Shown here one piece after another: positions 20,447-30,113 of a DNA stretch of 64,000 nucleotides (position 1 is the first letter of the stretch; each line of letters opens with the position of its first letter). The stretch comes from Deltaproteobacteria bacterium (GTDB lineage: Bacteria > Myxococcota_A > Polyangia > Fen-1088): assembly GCA_033763315.1 (NCBI GenBank), contig JANRKS010000007.1, positions 320,001-384,000 of the forward strand, written 5' to 3'. Both the position numbers and the translations under genes were made by a program. Below the pieces are notes generated by a model that was given only the letters and a program-made list of their open reading frames with translations, did no database searches and was not told the DNA's origin.

Positions 20447-22401
20447 GAATCTGAAGACAGCCTTCGGATCTCAGCTTGAATGTCTTGAGACTGCGGATCT
20501 AGGCTTTGCGCCGAACGCAAGACGGCGATCGCTTCATCGGCGCTGCCTGTTTCCGCCAACAAGCGCCCGAGCGACACGCGCACCCATGGATCGTCGGGGG
20601 ACAGCGCCACAGCGTGTTCCAGTTCCGCGCGGGCGGTGGCCACAGCCTCGGTGCTGGTGGGCGCGCGGCGGTAGACGGCCCACCCTAAAGCGCTGTGGTA
20701 GCTCGGTTGCCCGGGCACCAACGCGGTGGCTTGACGAAAGGCGGATTCGGCGTCTGCGTAACGGCGCTCACGCAAATGGCCCACGCCTGTGTAATAGACC
20801 TGCTCAGCGGCTGTGGCTGCATCAGCACCGCCGCCGCCATAGCTGCGGGCACGCTCCAGGCGCGCGAGGTAGCTTTTGCGATGTGCAGGATCGGTTAACG
20901 AACGCCGAGCCTCAGTGATACGTGCGAAAATGTTCTCGACAAGCTCGCGCACGGCTTCGGAGCGACCGCGGAAACTGTCGGGGTGAAATGGTCGGGCACG
21001 CCGCTCGTAGGCGGCCTCGATCGCGTCGTTGTCGTCGGTGGCGGTGACGCCCAAGATCTCGAAGTGCGTTTGGCTGCGCATGCTTTCCGCCAAGGCGGCC
21101 AATTCCGATCGCGATTTGCGCTGCGGCAATGAAGGCTCCGCGCCAGGCGCGCGCAGGGGGGCGTGCGTGACGGCGGGTGCGTCTTGAGCGTCAACCAGAC
21201 CTGCTTCAAGCATGGCAACGACCAAGGCGCGCGCACGCTCTCGCGGCACGGGAGGCAGATTCAGGATTTCTTCGAGGGTGGCCGAGCCATCCGCACGCGC
21301 GATGAGTTGCCGATCGGCGGGTTCCGCGCTGAGCTCTTGCAAGCGCAAACGTGGATCTGACGTGGGCACCAAGTATTTTCCAGCAAACATCGCCAACAAA
21401 TAATCGCGACGCTCTTCACTGTAGCGACGACGCACGCCATCGAAAATCAGCACGGCTGTGGGGCGATGCAAACCTGTGGGCACGCCCTCGGCCTTCCAAC
21501 CATCTTTAAAAACAAAGTTGCCCGACTCCCAGCTGAACAGGTCCAACAACTTGGCTTCCGTTTGTTCTTGCAAGGCCTCATCGAGGCCATGCGGAGAGAG
21601 CACACCCATCGACACCAGGATCTCGCCTTGCTGTCGCTTCTCGCGCTTCATGCGCTCGAGTGACTTCTTCAGCGCGGGAGGTGTGATGCGCTTGCGCGCC
21701 AGGAGAATTTGCCCCAGGCATTCCGACAAAGCGTTTGAACGCACGCCCACGGGGTAACCCTTCTCAACGTAAACGATCTTTTTCGTGGCCTCGCGCACCA
21801 CCAGCAACGCGCCCGTGCGTTGTTCAACGAACAGCTGGCGCAAAACGCTGGCGAATGACCGCCGCCCCAGTGTGCCCACGAGCTCGCCCAGCGGCTTCGG
21901 TTCACCCAACGAATCGACGGCCGCAGACATTTGCGGCGCTTGAATCTCCACCTCTTCGCGCTCGCGCAGTTGCTGCTCATCGAGAGGCGGCGGCGTGAAG
22001 CTGGGCGTCTCGGCGTGGGTCTCAACGCTTGGCGGAACCGAACGCAACACGCCGGCCAGCAAGGAATTCACATCAAGCGGCCCCTCGAAATATTCGGCCG
22101 GGGCAAAACGCCGTTTGGCTTCGGCGGCGTGCGCGGCGCCGCGCTGATGGCCCGCCAAAAAAAAGATCGGCACCGCGGCCGCTTCGGGATCGCGCCGTAG
22201 ATCGGCGGCCACCTTGAAGCCGGTGCCATCGGACAGCCGCGTGCTGACCACGAGCCCGTCTGGCGCGCGCACCAGCAAGCTGCGTTTGGCCCACGCGGCC
22301 TCGCGCTCGGTTGAAAGTTCATAGTGCGCCTCGCGCAGCGTCTCGGCGATTTGCCGCTGCAGCTCGGGGTCGCTCTCCACAACCAAAAGGTAGGGCGCCA
22401 T
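20443..22401 (-). CDS. Receiver-like + DUF4388-like + DnaJ + TPR multidomain protein
   Basis: N-terminal LLVVE receiver fold, TGALLV..KKIVYVEKG, LFSWESGNF, THFEILGV...FHPD, C-terminal TPRs; ATG 22401. Confidence 0.85.
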   Translation of the reverse strand: MAPYLLVVESDPELQRQIAETLREAHYELSTEREAAWAKRSLLVRAPDGLVVSTRLSDGTGFKVAADLRRDPEAAAVPIFFLAGHQRGAAHAAEAKRRFAPAEYFEGPLDVNSLLAGVLRSVPPSVETHAETPSFTPPPLDEQQLREREEVEIQAPQMSAAVDSLGEPKPLGELVGTLGRRSFASVLRQLFVEQRTGALLVVREATKKIVYVEKGYPVGVRSNALSECLGQILLARKRITPPALKKSLERMKREKRQQGEILVSMGVLSPHGLDEALQEQTEAKLLDLFSWESGNFVFKDGWKAEGVPTGLHRPTAVLIFDGVRRRYSEERRDYLLAMFAGKYLVPTSDPRLRLQELSAEPADRQLIARADGSATLEEILNLPPVPRERARALVVAMLEAGLVDAQDAPAVTHAPLRAPGAEPSLPQRKSRSELAALAESMRSQTHFEILGVTATDDNDAIEAAYERRARPFHPDSFRGRSEAVRELVENIFARITEARRSLTDPAHRKSYLARLERARSYGGGGADAATAAEQVYYTGVGHLRERRYADAESAFRQATALVPGQPSYHSALGWAVYRRAPTSTEAVATARAELEHAVALSPDDPWVRVSLGRLLAETGSADEAIAVLRSAQSLDPQSQDIQAEIRRLSSDS

Positions 22402-22542
22402 GGGGACTTCGTTATACCGCAAGAAAGCCAATTCCTTGCGGTTGCCGTTTTTGCCACCGTCAGAGGCAGCGCAACCAAGCGCCCAACTGGTAAGCTGCCG
22501 CCCGTTTATCCCTATCTGACCGCCGCCCCACGCACACAACGC

Positions 22543-23988
22543 ATGAAGCCAAAACAGCCGCTCGCCTGTCTCGTTCTCGCCGCCGGAAAAGGCACCCGGA
22601 TGCGATCCTCCAAATCGAAAGTGCTACACGAAATTGCTGGCGCGCCTCTGGTGGCGTACCCCATCGTCGCGGCACAAAGCCTGGGGGCGGCCCCTGTGGT
22701 TGCGGTCCTCGGCCATCAGATTGCGCAGGTGTCGCAGGTTTTGCAGGGGCGTTTTGGCGCCGGCGCGATCACCGTTGTGGAACAGGCCGAACAAAAAGGC
22801 ACGGGGCACGCGGTGGCCCTGGGTTTGGCGGCGCTGGCTTCGTTCGATGGGCTGGTGCTGATTCTTTACGGCGATGTGCCGCTGCTGACCGCCGCCAAGC
22901 TGCAAGCCATGGTGCTGCAGGCTGAGGCCACGCGTGGCTTGGTGATGCTGACCGCCAAAGTGGCCGATCCCTCGGGCTACGGCCGCATCGTTCGCGACGC
23001 CGCCGCGAAAGTGACGTCCATCATTGAAGATCGCGACGCGAACGCCGAACAAAAGCAGATCAACGAAGTCAACGCGGGCATCTACGCTGCGCCCGCCGCG
23101 TTCTTGCGCCAAGCCACGGCAGCGCTGGTGCCACAAAACGCGCAAGGGGAGCTTTATCTAACAGACATCGTTCCACAGGCCGCCGCCACCATTGGTGTGA
23201 CCACAGTCGATGTCTCGGCCGAAGAGATGGGCGGCATCAATGATCGCGCCCAACTGGTGCAAGCTGAAGCGGTGATGCGGGCGCGCTTGACGGCGCATTG
23301 GCTCGGCCACGCCACCATTCGCTCGCCCCAGACGGTGAGCATCGACGCCGACGTTGTGATTGAACCCGACGCTGAGATCGAAGCCGGTGTTTCATTGCGG
23401 GGCAAGACCCATATTGGCGCAGGCGCGCGTATCGGCCAGGGCAGCGTCTTGGTCGACACCATCGTTGGCGCGGGCACCGAGATCTTGCCTTACAGCGTGT
23501 CCACGAAGACCCGCATCGGCACCAACTGCCGCATCGGCCCGTTTGCGCATTTGCGACCCGACAGCGAACTCGGCAACGACGTTCACGTGGGCAACTTCGT
23601 TGAGACGAAGAAAACCAAAATCGGCCGCGGCAGCAAAGCGAACCACTTAAGCTATCTGGGCGACACCATCATTGGTGAACGTGTGAACGTGGGCGCCGGC
23701 ACCATCACGTGCAACTACAACGGCTTTGAGAAGCAGCAAACCATCATCGAAGACGGCGCTTTCATCGGGTCTGACACGCAACTGGTGGCACCCGTGCGCG
23801 TGGGTCAAAACGCAATCGTCGCTGCGGGCGCCACAATCACGCAAGAGGTGCCGGCTGGCGCCTTGGCGATCACGCGGGTGGCGCAAACACACCTTGCTGG
23901 TTACAGCGCGCGCTTGGCCGCGCGCTACGCGGATCGAGCAAAAACGGCCGCAGAGAAAGGCAAGCCGCGCGCGCCTGACACGGAATAG
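22543..23988 (+). CDS. glmU: Bifunctional UDP-GlcNAc pyrophosphorylase / glucosamine-1-P N-acetyltransferase
   Basis: LAAGKGTRM, QKGTGHAV, YGDVPL, GNFVETK, KANHLSYLGD, hexapeptide repeats. Confidence 0.98.
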   Translation: MKPKQPLACLVLAAGKGTRMRSSKSKVLHEIAGAPLVAYPIVAAQSLGAAPVVAVLGHQIAQVSQVLQGRFGAGAITVVEQAEQKGTGHAVALGLAALASFDGLVLILYGDVPLLTAAKLQAMVLQAEATRGLVMLTAKVADPSGYGRIVRDAAAKVTSIIEDRDANAEQKQINEVNAGIYAAPAAFLRQATAALVPQNAQGELYLTDIVPQAAATIGVTTVDVSAEEMGGINDRAQLVQAEAVMRARLTAHWLGHATIRSPQTVSIDADVVIEPDAEIEAGVSLRGKTHIGAGARIGQGSVLVDTIVGAGTEILPYSVSTKTRIGTNCRIGPFAHLRPDSELGNDVHVGNFVETKKTKIGRGSKANHLSYLGDTIIGERVNVGAGTITCNYNGFEKQQTIIEDGAFIGSDTQLVAPVRVGQNAIVAAGATITQEVPAGALAITRVAQTHLAGYSARLAARYADRAKTAAEKGKPRAPDTE

Positions 23989-23993
23989 CGCAT

Positions 23994-24022
23994 TTGACAC
24001 ACCGCCTCCGGGGGGGAATAGT
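23994..24022 (+). promoter_or_regulatory. Candidate sigma70 promoter for the SCP2 gene
   Basis: TTGACA, 17-nt spacer, AATAGT; RBS GGAGG at 24038-24042. Confidence 0.5.
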
Positions 24023-24047
24023 TAAAAGAACACTTTTGGAGGTCCAG

Positions 24048-24395
24048 ATGCCTACGTCCGTGAAGGAATTCTTTGATGTGAAGGTGCCGAGCGTTTTGGC
24101 CAAAAGCCCCGCCAGCGCCAAAGAGGTGGCGGCGGTTTACGTTTTCAAAATCACGGGCGCCGACGGTGGCACTTGGACCGCAGACTTGGTGGCATCGCCG
24201 CCCACGTGCGTGCCAGGCGCGGGCGCGAATGCACAATGCACGATCGAGGCATCCGACGATGATTTTCGATCGATGATCGACGGCGGTATGAGCGCGGCCA
24301 TGCAGTTGTTCTTCAGCGGCAAACTCAAGATTGAAGGCGATCCCACGTTGGCCACAAAGCTGTCGAAGCTGCTTGAGATCGGCTCGCGCGGCTAG
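24048..24395 (+). CDS. SCP2 sterol/lipid-binding domain protein
   Basis: YVFKITG..GGTW, AMQLFFSGKLKIEGD..LA.KL. Confidence 0.92.
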   Translation: MPTSVKEFFDVKVPSVLAKSPASAKEVAAVYVFKITGADGGTWTADLVASPPTCVPGAGANAQCTIEASDDDFRSMIDGGMSAAMQLFFSGKLKIEGDPTLATKLSKLLEIGSRG

Positions 24396-24402
24396 CCCCG
24401 AT

Positions 24403-24867
24403 TTATTTCGCTTTCGACAACCGAAAAACCCCATACACCTCGTCGGGTCCGCGCACCAAGCGCGCCTCGACGTGGTCGGGAGGGAACAGCGACACCACCA
24501 CCAAGATGGCTTCTTGGCCAGCGGGGCGCACGTAGCCAAGGTAATTGCGCAGCGGATCGCCCGGCAACGACATTGAACCGAGGGCGTCGGATGAAGCGCG
24601 GCGCACAGACTCGAAGCGCAGAGCACTTGTTTGATTGGGCAAACGCAAGGTCATATCCAACGAGCCGTCGCCAAGAGCGGTGATGTTCATGGCCAAGTGG
24701 TCGTTGGCCACAAAGCCCTGTCGCAGGTTCGGGTCGGCCGACACCTTCCCCTCCCAGTTGCCTTCGAAGCTTGAAAGGCTATCGCAGCTGCCACACGCGA
24801 GGGTCGCGCACAACAGCCACAGACGCTGAGGGAAGCAGAGCCGCTGGGCGACGTGCCAAAGACGCAT
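24403..24867 (-). CDS. Hypothetical lipoprotein
   Basis: Hydrophobic leader with Cys (LACGSC); beta-rich body; fills the gap between neighbouring genes. Confidence 0.7.
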   Translation of the reverse strand: MRLWHVAQRLCFPQRLWLLCATLACGSCDSLSSFEGNWEGKVSADPNLRQGFVANDHLAMNITALGDGSLDMTLRLPNQTSALRFESVRRASSDALGSMSLPGDPLRNYLGYVRPAGQEAILVVVSLFPPDHVEARLVRGPDEVYGVFRLSKAK

Positions 24868-24933
24868 TTATGGCCACGGTAGCACAGCGGCAGGGACGGT
24901 GTTGGGCAGCGAGCTGCTATAACGGGGCCCCTC

Positions 24934-26751
24934 GTGATGTTGCCCGCTTTCCTGTTTGTGCTGGCACTGGCCCTGCGGGTGACGTGGATCCTGGCGGTGC
25001 CCTCCAAGCCTGTGGGCGATTTCGCCATGTATTTGGAGGCGGCCACGCACTGGCTTGAACACGGGCGCTTCGACGCGCAGTTCATCTACATGCCGGGATA
25101 CGTATTGCTGGCAGCGGCGGTGCAGCGGCTGGGAGGGGCTTGGTTGGCCACAAAGCTGCTTGTGGCCGTGATGGCGGCCGCGGGGGCGCCGATGCTCTAC
25201 GGCATCACCTGGCGGCTGTGGGGCAGCGCCACAGACAAACGCAGCGCCGCCTGGGCCGGCGTGCTCTACGCGATGTGGCCGGGCGGCGTCGCCGTTTCGA
25301 GCGTCACCGGCACCGACATTCCTGCCGCCATGCTGGTGCTGGCAGGCGCTTATGCGCTCGTGCGCAGCGAACCGTCGCGACCGCATCCCGGTGCCGCGCT
25401 GGCAGGCATGTTCTTTGGTTTATCCGCTTGGGTGCGTGCCGTTGCCCTGCCCTTGGTGCCCCTGGCTGCTCCATTTTTGTGGGTGCGCACGCGCAACGTC
25501 AAGCGCGCGGCGCTGGCCACGTTGTTTGCCACGCTGGCAGCCGCTTTCATTTTGGCACCGTGGGTCGTGCGCAACCGCCTTCGCTACGGCGAATGGTTTC
25601 TCAGCGACAGTCATGGTGGTTTGACGGCGCTGGTGGGTGCTTATCCAAATGCCGACGGTCAATTCACGCGCGCGCTCAACCGCACGTACGAAATCGTGAA
25701 CGCACGGCCGTGGTTGTCTGAGCCTCACCGCGCGGCTGACAAAGGCGCCTACGCAGAAGCCAAACGATGGACACGCTTCGAACCGGCGTTCGCCCTGGGG
25801 CTCGGCCTGGCTCGCGTTGACAAGCTGCTGTCGAACGAACGCAGCTTGCTCTATTGGCCGCTTTACCGCGCGGGCGTTCTGAAGAACCCTCCCTCGGGCT
25901 TCTTCGATAAATGGCGGCCAGAAATCGAATGGGCAACAGACCTAGTGTGGTGGCTGGTGCTTTGGGGGTGTTTGTTCTCCGTCCCGTGGGCCGTTTGCAC
26001 ACGTCGCTGGCAGGCCTTGGCTTTTGTGCCGATGCAAGCGGCGTTGGTGGGCGTTTACGTTTTGTATTTCGCGGAAAGCCGTTACCACCTCGCGATTGCC
26101 GCGCTGGCGTTTCCTGGCGCCGCCGCGTCGGTGGTGGCGGTTATGGACGCGGTCCGCGGGGCACGAAAAAAAACGGCTCTGACAAACGTGTACGAGCCCT
26201 TGGTCGCCAGCGGCGCGTTTGTTTGCGCCATCGCCGTGCTGTGGCTGGCGCTGTCTCACACGAGCGCGGCGCTCATCGAACAACATCGATGGGCTGTGCA
26301 CGCGTGTCACATTGAAGGGCGGCCGCAGTTCTGTTTGTGGAAGCGTGCCAACGACGAGGGAGCCTCGCCCGTCAAAGGCGTGTTCGATGGCGTGGGCCTT
26401 GTGCCCTCACAACCCAGCGCCGTGGCCGTGATGGACATTGATTTGCAGCCCGCGCGCCACCTTATCTCCGGCCGCCTGCAATTGCATTGGTCCGGCGCGC
26501 GGCCGGCCGCGGCCCCCACGGGGAAGGCAGGCCTGCGGATCAATAGCCAGCAGGTGTTGGAAATTCCCTTGTCCACGCTGTGGGCGCAAAGCGGATGGGT
26601 GTTCAATGAACCCTTTGTGGCCACGCACGGGCGCAACGTGGTCGAGCTTTCGATCGAAGGCGTGGGGACGACTGGCGCTGCCTCACGCCCGCGGCTGTGG
26701 CTCCTGGATCTATCACTGCCATCCGATCCGCGTGCGGTTCCGGGGTCTTAA
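24934..26751 (+). CDS. GT-C fold membrane glycosyltransferase (ArnT/PMT-like)
   Basis: Multi-TM; GDFAMY...YMPGY, APWVVRN, ESRYH; soluble C-terminal beta domain. Confidence 0.78.
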   Translation: MMLPAFLFVLALALRVTWILAVPSKPVGDFAMYLEAATHWLEHGRFDAQFIYMPGYVLLAAAVQRLGGAWLATKLLVAVMAAAGAPMLYGITWRLWGSATDKRSAAWAGVLYAMWPGGVAVSSVTGTDIPAAMLVLAGAYALVRSEPSRPHPGAALAGMFFGLSAWVRAVALPLVPLAAPFLWVRTRNVKRAALATLFATLAAAFILAPWVVRNRLRYGEWFLSDSHGGLTALVGAYPNADGQFTRALNRTYEIVNARPWLSEPHRAADKGAYAEAKRWTRFEPAFALGLGLARVDKLLSNERSLLYWPLYRAGVLKNPPSGFFDKWRPEIEWATDLVWWLVLWGCLFSVPWAVCTRRWQALAFVPMQAALVGVYVLYFAESRYHLAIAALAFPGAAASVVAVMDAVRGARKKTALTNVYEPLVASGAFVCAIAVLWLALSHTSAALIEQHRWAVHACHIEGRPQFCLWKRANDEGASPVKGVFDGVGLVPSQPSAVAVMDIDLQPARHLISGRLQLHWSGARPAAAPTGKAGLRINSQQVLEIPLSTLWAQSGWVFNEPFVATHGRNVVELSIEGVGTTGAASRPRLWLLDLSLPSDPRAVPGS

Positions 26752-26784
26752 GGACAGCCGACCAACCGCCGATCTAGGGACGTT

Positions 26785-28026
26785 GTGAGCACCGCCGCCG
26801 TTGGCAAACCAATGATCTTGTGCGTGAGCGCTGAGACCAAAGCGCTCATGCTATCGGCGTCGGTGTTAAAACAAGGCGCCAATGTAGACGTGGCGATGAG
26901 CCACGCGGACGCGTTTGCACGAATCGATAAAGCCACACCAAGCGTGGTGCTGGTCATTGGCACCTTGGCCAGCGCGGCTTTCGTAGCCGAGGTGCACCAG
27001 AAGGTCCCTGGGGTTCAGCTTGTGTTGCAGGCACCCAGCGAGTCTGGCCTTGATAGCAACCCGGCAGTATTTGCCGTGCTCGACCCGGGAACGCCGCCAG
27101 CTGATATGGCAACGTTGGTGTTTCAGGCGCTGGGCTCCTCGGGCGTGGTGGCGCCGCCCCCCTCGTCTCCGCAAGTTCCCGCGGTGATGGCGACCGCACC
27201 TTCTCCTCTCGCAGCCGCCGGTGCGAGCACGGGCCCCACACCGACGCCCGCGCGCGGCACCACCTTGCAAATCGACATCGGCGTCGCCGCCGTGGCGAGT
27301 GCCTGGGCCTTGTTGCGAACCATCAAACACGTCGATTGCAACGGTGCCGTCCGCAGCATGAAACACGCACGGCACGTCTTGGAGATCTTGCGCTTGTGCA
27401 AGGTTGATGTGGTGTGGCCCGGTGAAGTGGCCGCTTTGGTGGCTGACATCGGGCGCGTGGCGTTGGCGCCGGCCATTCGTGAGAAGATCGATCGCGGTCA
27501 AAGCTTAGGCCCGCATGAGAAAATGGCGATCAAAGGGACACACGCCGTGATGACGGACATTGTGAAGCGCTTGCCGGGCGGCGATCAGGTGTTGGTGGTC
27601 ATCGAGCAAAGCAGTTTTCGCTTTGACGGTACCGGCGCGCCTGTGAGCCACACAGGCGAGCGCATCGCCGCGGGTGCACGCGCCTTGAAGCTGGCGGTCG
27701 AATACGAGCGGCTCAGCGCTCAAGCGATGCGACACGAGGAGATCATGGCGCAGCTTCGCTCGGACGAAGGCCGCTACGATCCGCGCATGCTGGGCGCTGT
27801 GGACGAAATTGAAACGCCACCCGCTCCAGAAGGCATGGGCGAACACAGCGTAAAGTGCGTCGATTTGAAGGCAGGCATGATCGTCGAAGAGCCGCTGCTT
27901 GCGGTGGATGGCAGCGTGGTGGTGTCCGAGGGCACGGTGCTTTCGGAGTCCGACATCGGCAAGATCCTGACGTTGGCCAAAGCGCGACGGGTGCGCGAAT
28001 CGATGCTTGTGCGCATGAGCACCTAA
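26785..28026 (+). CDS. Receiver-like + degenerate HD-GYP domain protein
   Basis: ADIGR in place of HDIGK, QSSFRFDGTGAP in place of HHERxDGxGYP, GARALKLA, RYDPRML; C-terminal DLKAGM module. Confidence 0.75.
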   Translation: MSTAAVGKPMILCVSAETKALMLSASVLKQGANVDVAMSHADAFARIDKATPSVVLVIGTLASAAFVAEVHQKVPGVQLVLQAPSESGLDSNPAVFAVLDPGTPPADMATLVFQALGSSGVVAPPPSSPQVPAVMATAPSPLAAAGASTGPTPTPARGTTLQIDIGVAAVASAWALLRTIKHVDCNGAVRSMKHARHVLEILRLCKVDVVWPGEVAALVADIGRVALAPAIREKIDRGQSLGPHEKMAIKGTHAVMTDIVKRLPGGDQVLVVIEQSSFRFDGTGAPVSHTGERIAAGARALKLAVEYERLSAQAMRHEEIMAQLRSDEGRYDPRMLGAVDEIETPPAPEGMGEHSVKCVDLKAGMIVEEPLLAVDGSVVVSEGTVLSESDIGKILTLAKARRVRESMLVRMST

Positions 28027-28049
28027 GCGCAACGTGCTAGATCCGCGGC

Positions 28050-28670
28050 ATGGCTGCCTTGATCGTTTTCGCCCATGGCGCGGGCGCACCCGCTTCGCAT
28101 CCTTGGATGCGCGCGTGGGCCGAGCGCCTTAGCCCCTGCGGCACTGTGGTCACGTTCGATTACCCTTTCATGCGCCAAGGCTCAAAGCGCCCGGATCGGC
28201 TCCCCGTTTTGGTGGCCGCGCATCAAGAAGCCATCACGCAAGCCTCGCAGCAAGCGCCTGATCAACCTCTCGTGCTGGCTGGCAAATCGATGGGATCACG
28301 CATCGGTTGCCACGTTGCCGCGGGCAAACAACATCCCGTGCGTGCGCTCGTGTGCTTCGGTTACCCACTGCGATCCGCAAGCTCAGGCAAAAGCCGCGCG
28401 GATGTTCTGGCGCAGGTGCCGGTTCCTATCTTGTTCGTGCAAGGCACCCGAGATCCTCTATGCCCGCTCGACGAATTGCAGGCATTGTTGCCAACGTTGC
28501 CGGTGCCACACGAGCTTGAGGTGATCAACGACGGCGACCACTCGCTGATTGTGGCGAAGCGAACTTTGAACGCCAACCACGAAACCCAAGCCACCGTCGA
28601 TGCCCGCATCGCCGCGCGCGTGCAATCGTTCATCACAAAACACACAGCGGGCAAAATCGATCGTGGCTGA
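28050..28670 (+). CDS. Alpha/beta hydrolase (KANL3/Tex30-like)
   Basis: HGAGA, GKSMG, GYPL, QGTRD, GDHS. Confidence 0.92.
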   Translation: MAALIVFAHGAGAPASHPWMRAWAERLSPCGTVVTFDYPFMRQGSKRPDRLPVLVAAHQEAITQASQQAPDQPLVLAGKSMGSRIGCHVAAGKQHPVRALVCFGYPLRSASSGKSRADVLAQVPVPILFVQGTRDPLCPLDELQALLPTLPVPHELEVINDGDHSLIVAKRTLNANHETQATVDARIAARVQSFITKHTAGKIDRG

Positions 28671-29349
28671 AGCAGCGTGGCAAATGCACGCCCGAGGTGA
28701 CGCGGCGATCGCCCTCGTTTTGACGGCGCCGTTCTCGTTACGGCAACACCGACGCTTGCTCGCTTTGCTCGAACGCATCGACGCCACAAAACCAGTCGAC
28801 GTGCTGGACGTCGTGCCAGGGCACAACGAGATCCTCGTGCTGTTCGACCCCGGCACGCCTGCACGAGACATTGAACTGTGGCTTTGGGGCCTTGCGCGGG
28901 CGTCTGCCGCAGACGGCGCTCCGCAAAACGTATCTTCAATCCGCATACCTGTGTGCTTCGATCCGCCGTTTGGCCTGGACTTGGCCGCCGTCGCCACGCA
29001 GCTTTCGATGACCGAAACGCAAGTGGTGCAGGCATTCACGAAGCCCACTTACGAGTGCACCGTGGTGGGTTTTCGGCCCGGTTTCCCCTATTTGGAGGGT
29101 CTGCCGAACGAACTCGTGCTGCCACGGCACGCCTCCCCCCGCGCCCGCGTGCCACGCGGTTCTGTGGCGATCGCGGGCGGCCAGGCAGGCATATACCCAG
29201 TCGATGGGCCCGGAGGTTGGCGTATCATCGGGCAAACGAACGTGGCGCTGTTTGACCTTACGCAATCGCCTCCCTGTTTGATCACGCCAGGCACACGGGT
29301 GCAGTTCTATGGCGTTGATCGCAACGCGCTTGTGCAGGGCACGTTGTGA
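28663..29349 (+). CDS. pxpB: 5-oxoprolinase subunit B (KipI / allophanate hydrolase 1)
   Basis: IPVCFD..FGLDL, GFRPGFPYL, GSVAIAG.QAGIYP..PGGWRIIGQT; GTG 28663. Confidence 0.92.
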   Translation: MAEAAWQMHARGDAAIALVLTAPFSLRQHRRLLALLERIDATKPVDVLDVVPGHNEILVLFDPGTPARDIELWLWGLARASAADGAPQNVSSIRIPVCFDPPFGLDLAAVATQLSMTETQVVQAFTKPTYECTVVGFRPGFPYLEGLPNELVLPRHASPRARVPRGSVAIAGGQAGIYPVDGPGGWRIIGQTNVALFDLTQSPPCLITPGTRVQFYGVDRNALVQGTL

Positions 29350-30113
29350 TCGCGGTTGACGTTAATGCCGATCTCGGCGAGGGCGAAGCGACCGACGCGC
29401 GCATGTTCACGCTCGTGAGCTCAGCCAACATCGCCTGCGGCGGGCACGCAGGTGATGAAGCCTCCATGCAGTTGTGCCTGCGGCTTGCGAAACAACACGG
29501 CGTGGCTGCAGGGGCGCATCCGGGATTTGTCGATCGACAAAACAAAGGCCGCCGAACGATGACAGCCACGCCCCTCGAAGTGCATAGGCTCGTGAGCGAT
29601 CAAGTGCGCGCGTTGGCGACGTTGGCCTCGCGCGAGGGCGTGCGCCTTGGCCACGTCAAAGCCCACGGGGCGCTTTACAACCAGGCCGCGCAAGACCCGG
29701 CGCTGGCCCGAGCCCTGGCCGAAGCGGTGGTGGCGATCGACCCTGCGATGCGGCTGTTTGGATTGCCGGGCTCCTGTATGCAAACGCAGGCCAAAGCTGT
29801 GGGGCTGCAGTTTGTGGGTGAGGCGTTCGTCGATCGCGCCTACGATGACCAGGGCCATCTGGTGCCTCGCCAGGAGCCAGGCGCTGTGCTTACGGATCCG
29901 CCGCATAGACTCGCGGCACGCGCCGTTCGCTTGGCCACGGGCTTGCCTGTGCCGTCGTTAAACGGCGCTCCGGTCGTGGTTGCGGCCAGCACCTTGTGCG
30001 TTCACGGTGACACGCCTGCCGCCGTCGCGGTGGCCGCGGCCGTGCGCGAAGCCCTGCGCGCCCACGCAATCGCCGTGCGGGCGCCGAATTCTGCCAAACC
30101 ATGCCAACCATAG
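29346..30113 (+). CDS. pxpA: 5-oxoprolinase subunit A (LamB/YcsF)
   Basis: DVNADLGE, SANIACGGHAGD, HVKAHGALYN, CVHGD. Confidence 0.95.
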   Translation: MIAVDVNADLGEGEATDARMFTLVSSANIACGGHAGDEASMQLCLRLAKQHGVAAGAHPGFVDRQNKGRRTMTATPLEVHRLVSDQVRALATLASREGVRLGHVKAHGALYNQAAQDPALARALAEAVVAIDPAMRLFGLPGSCMQTQAKAVGLQFVGEAFVDRAYDDQGHLVPRQEPGAVLTDPPHRLAARAVRLATGLPVPSLNGAPVVVAASTLCVHGDTPAAVAVAAAVREALRAHAIAVRAPNSAKPCQP

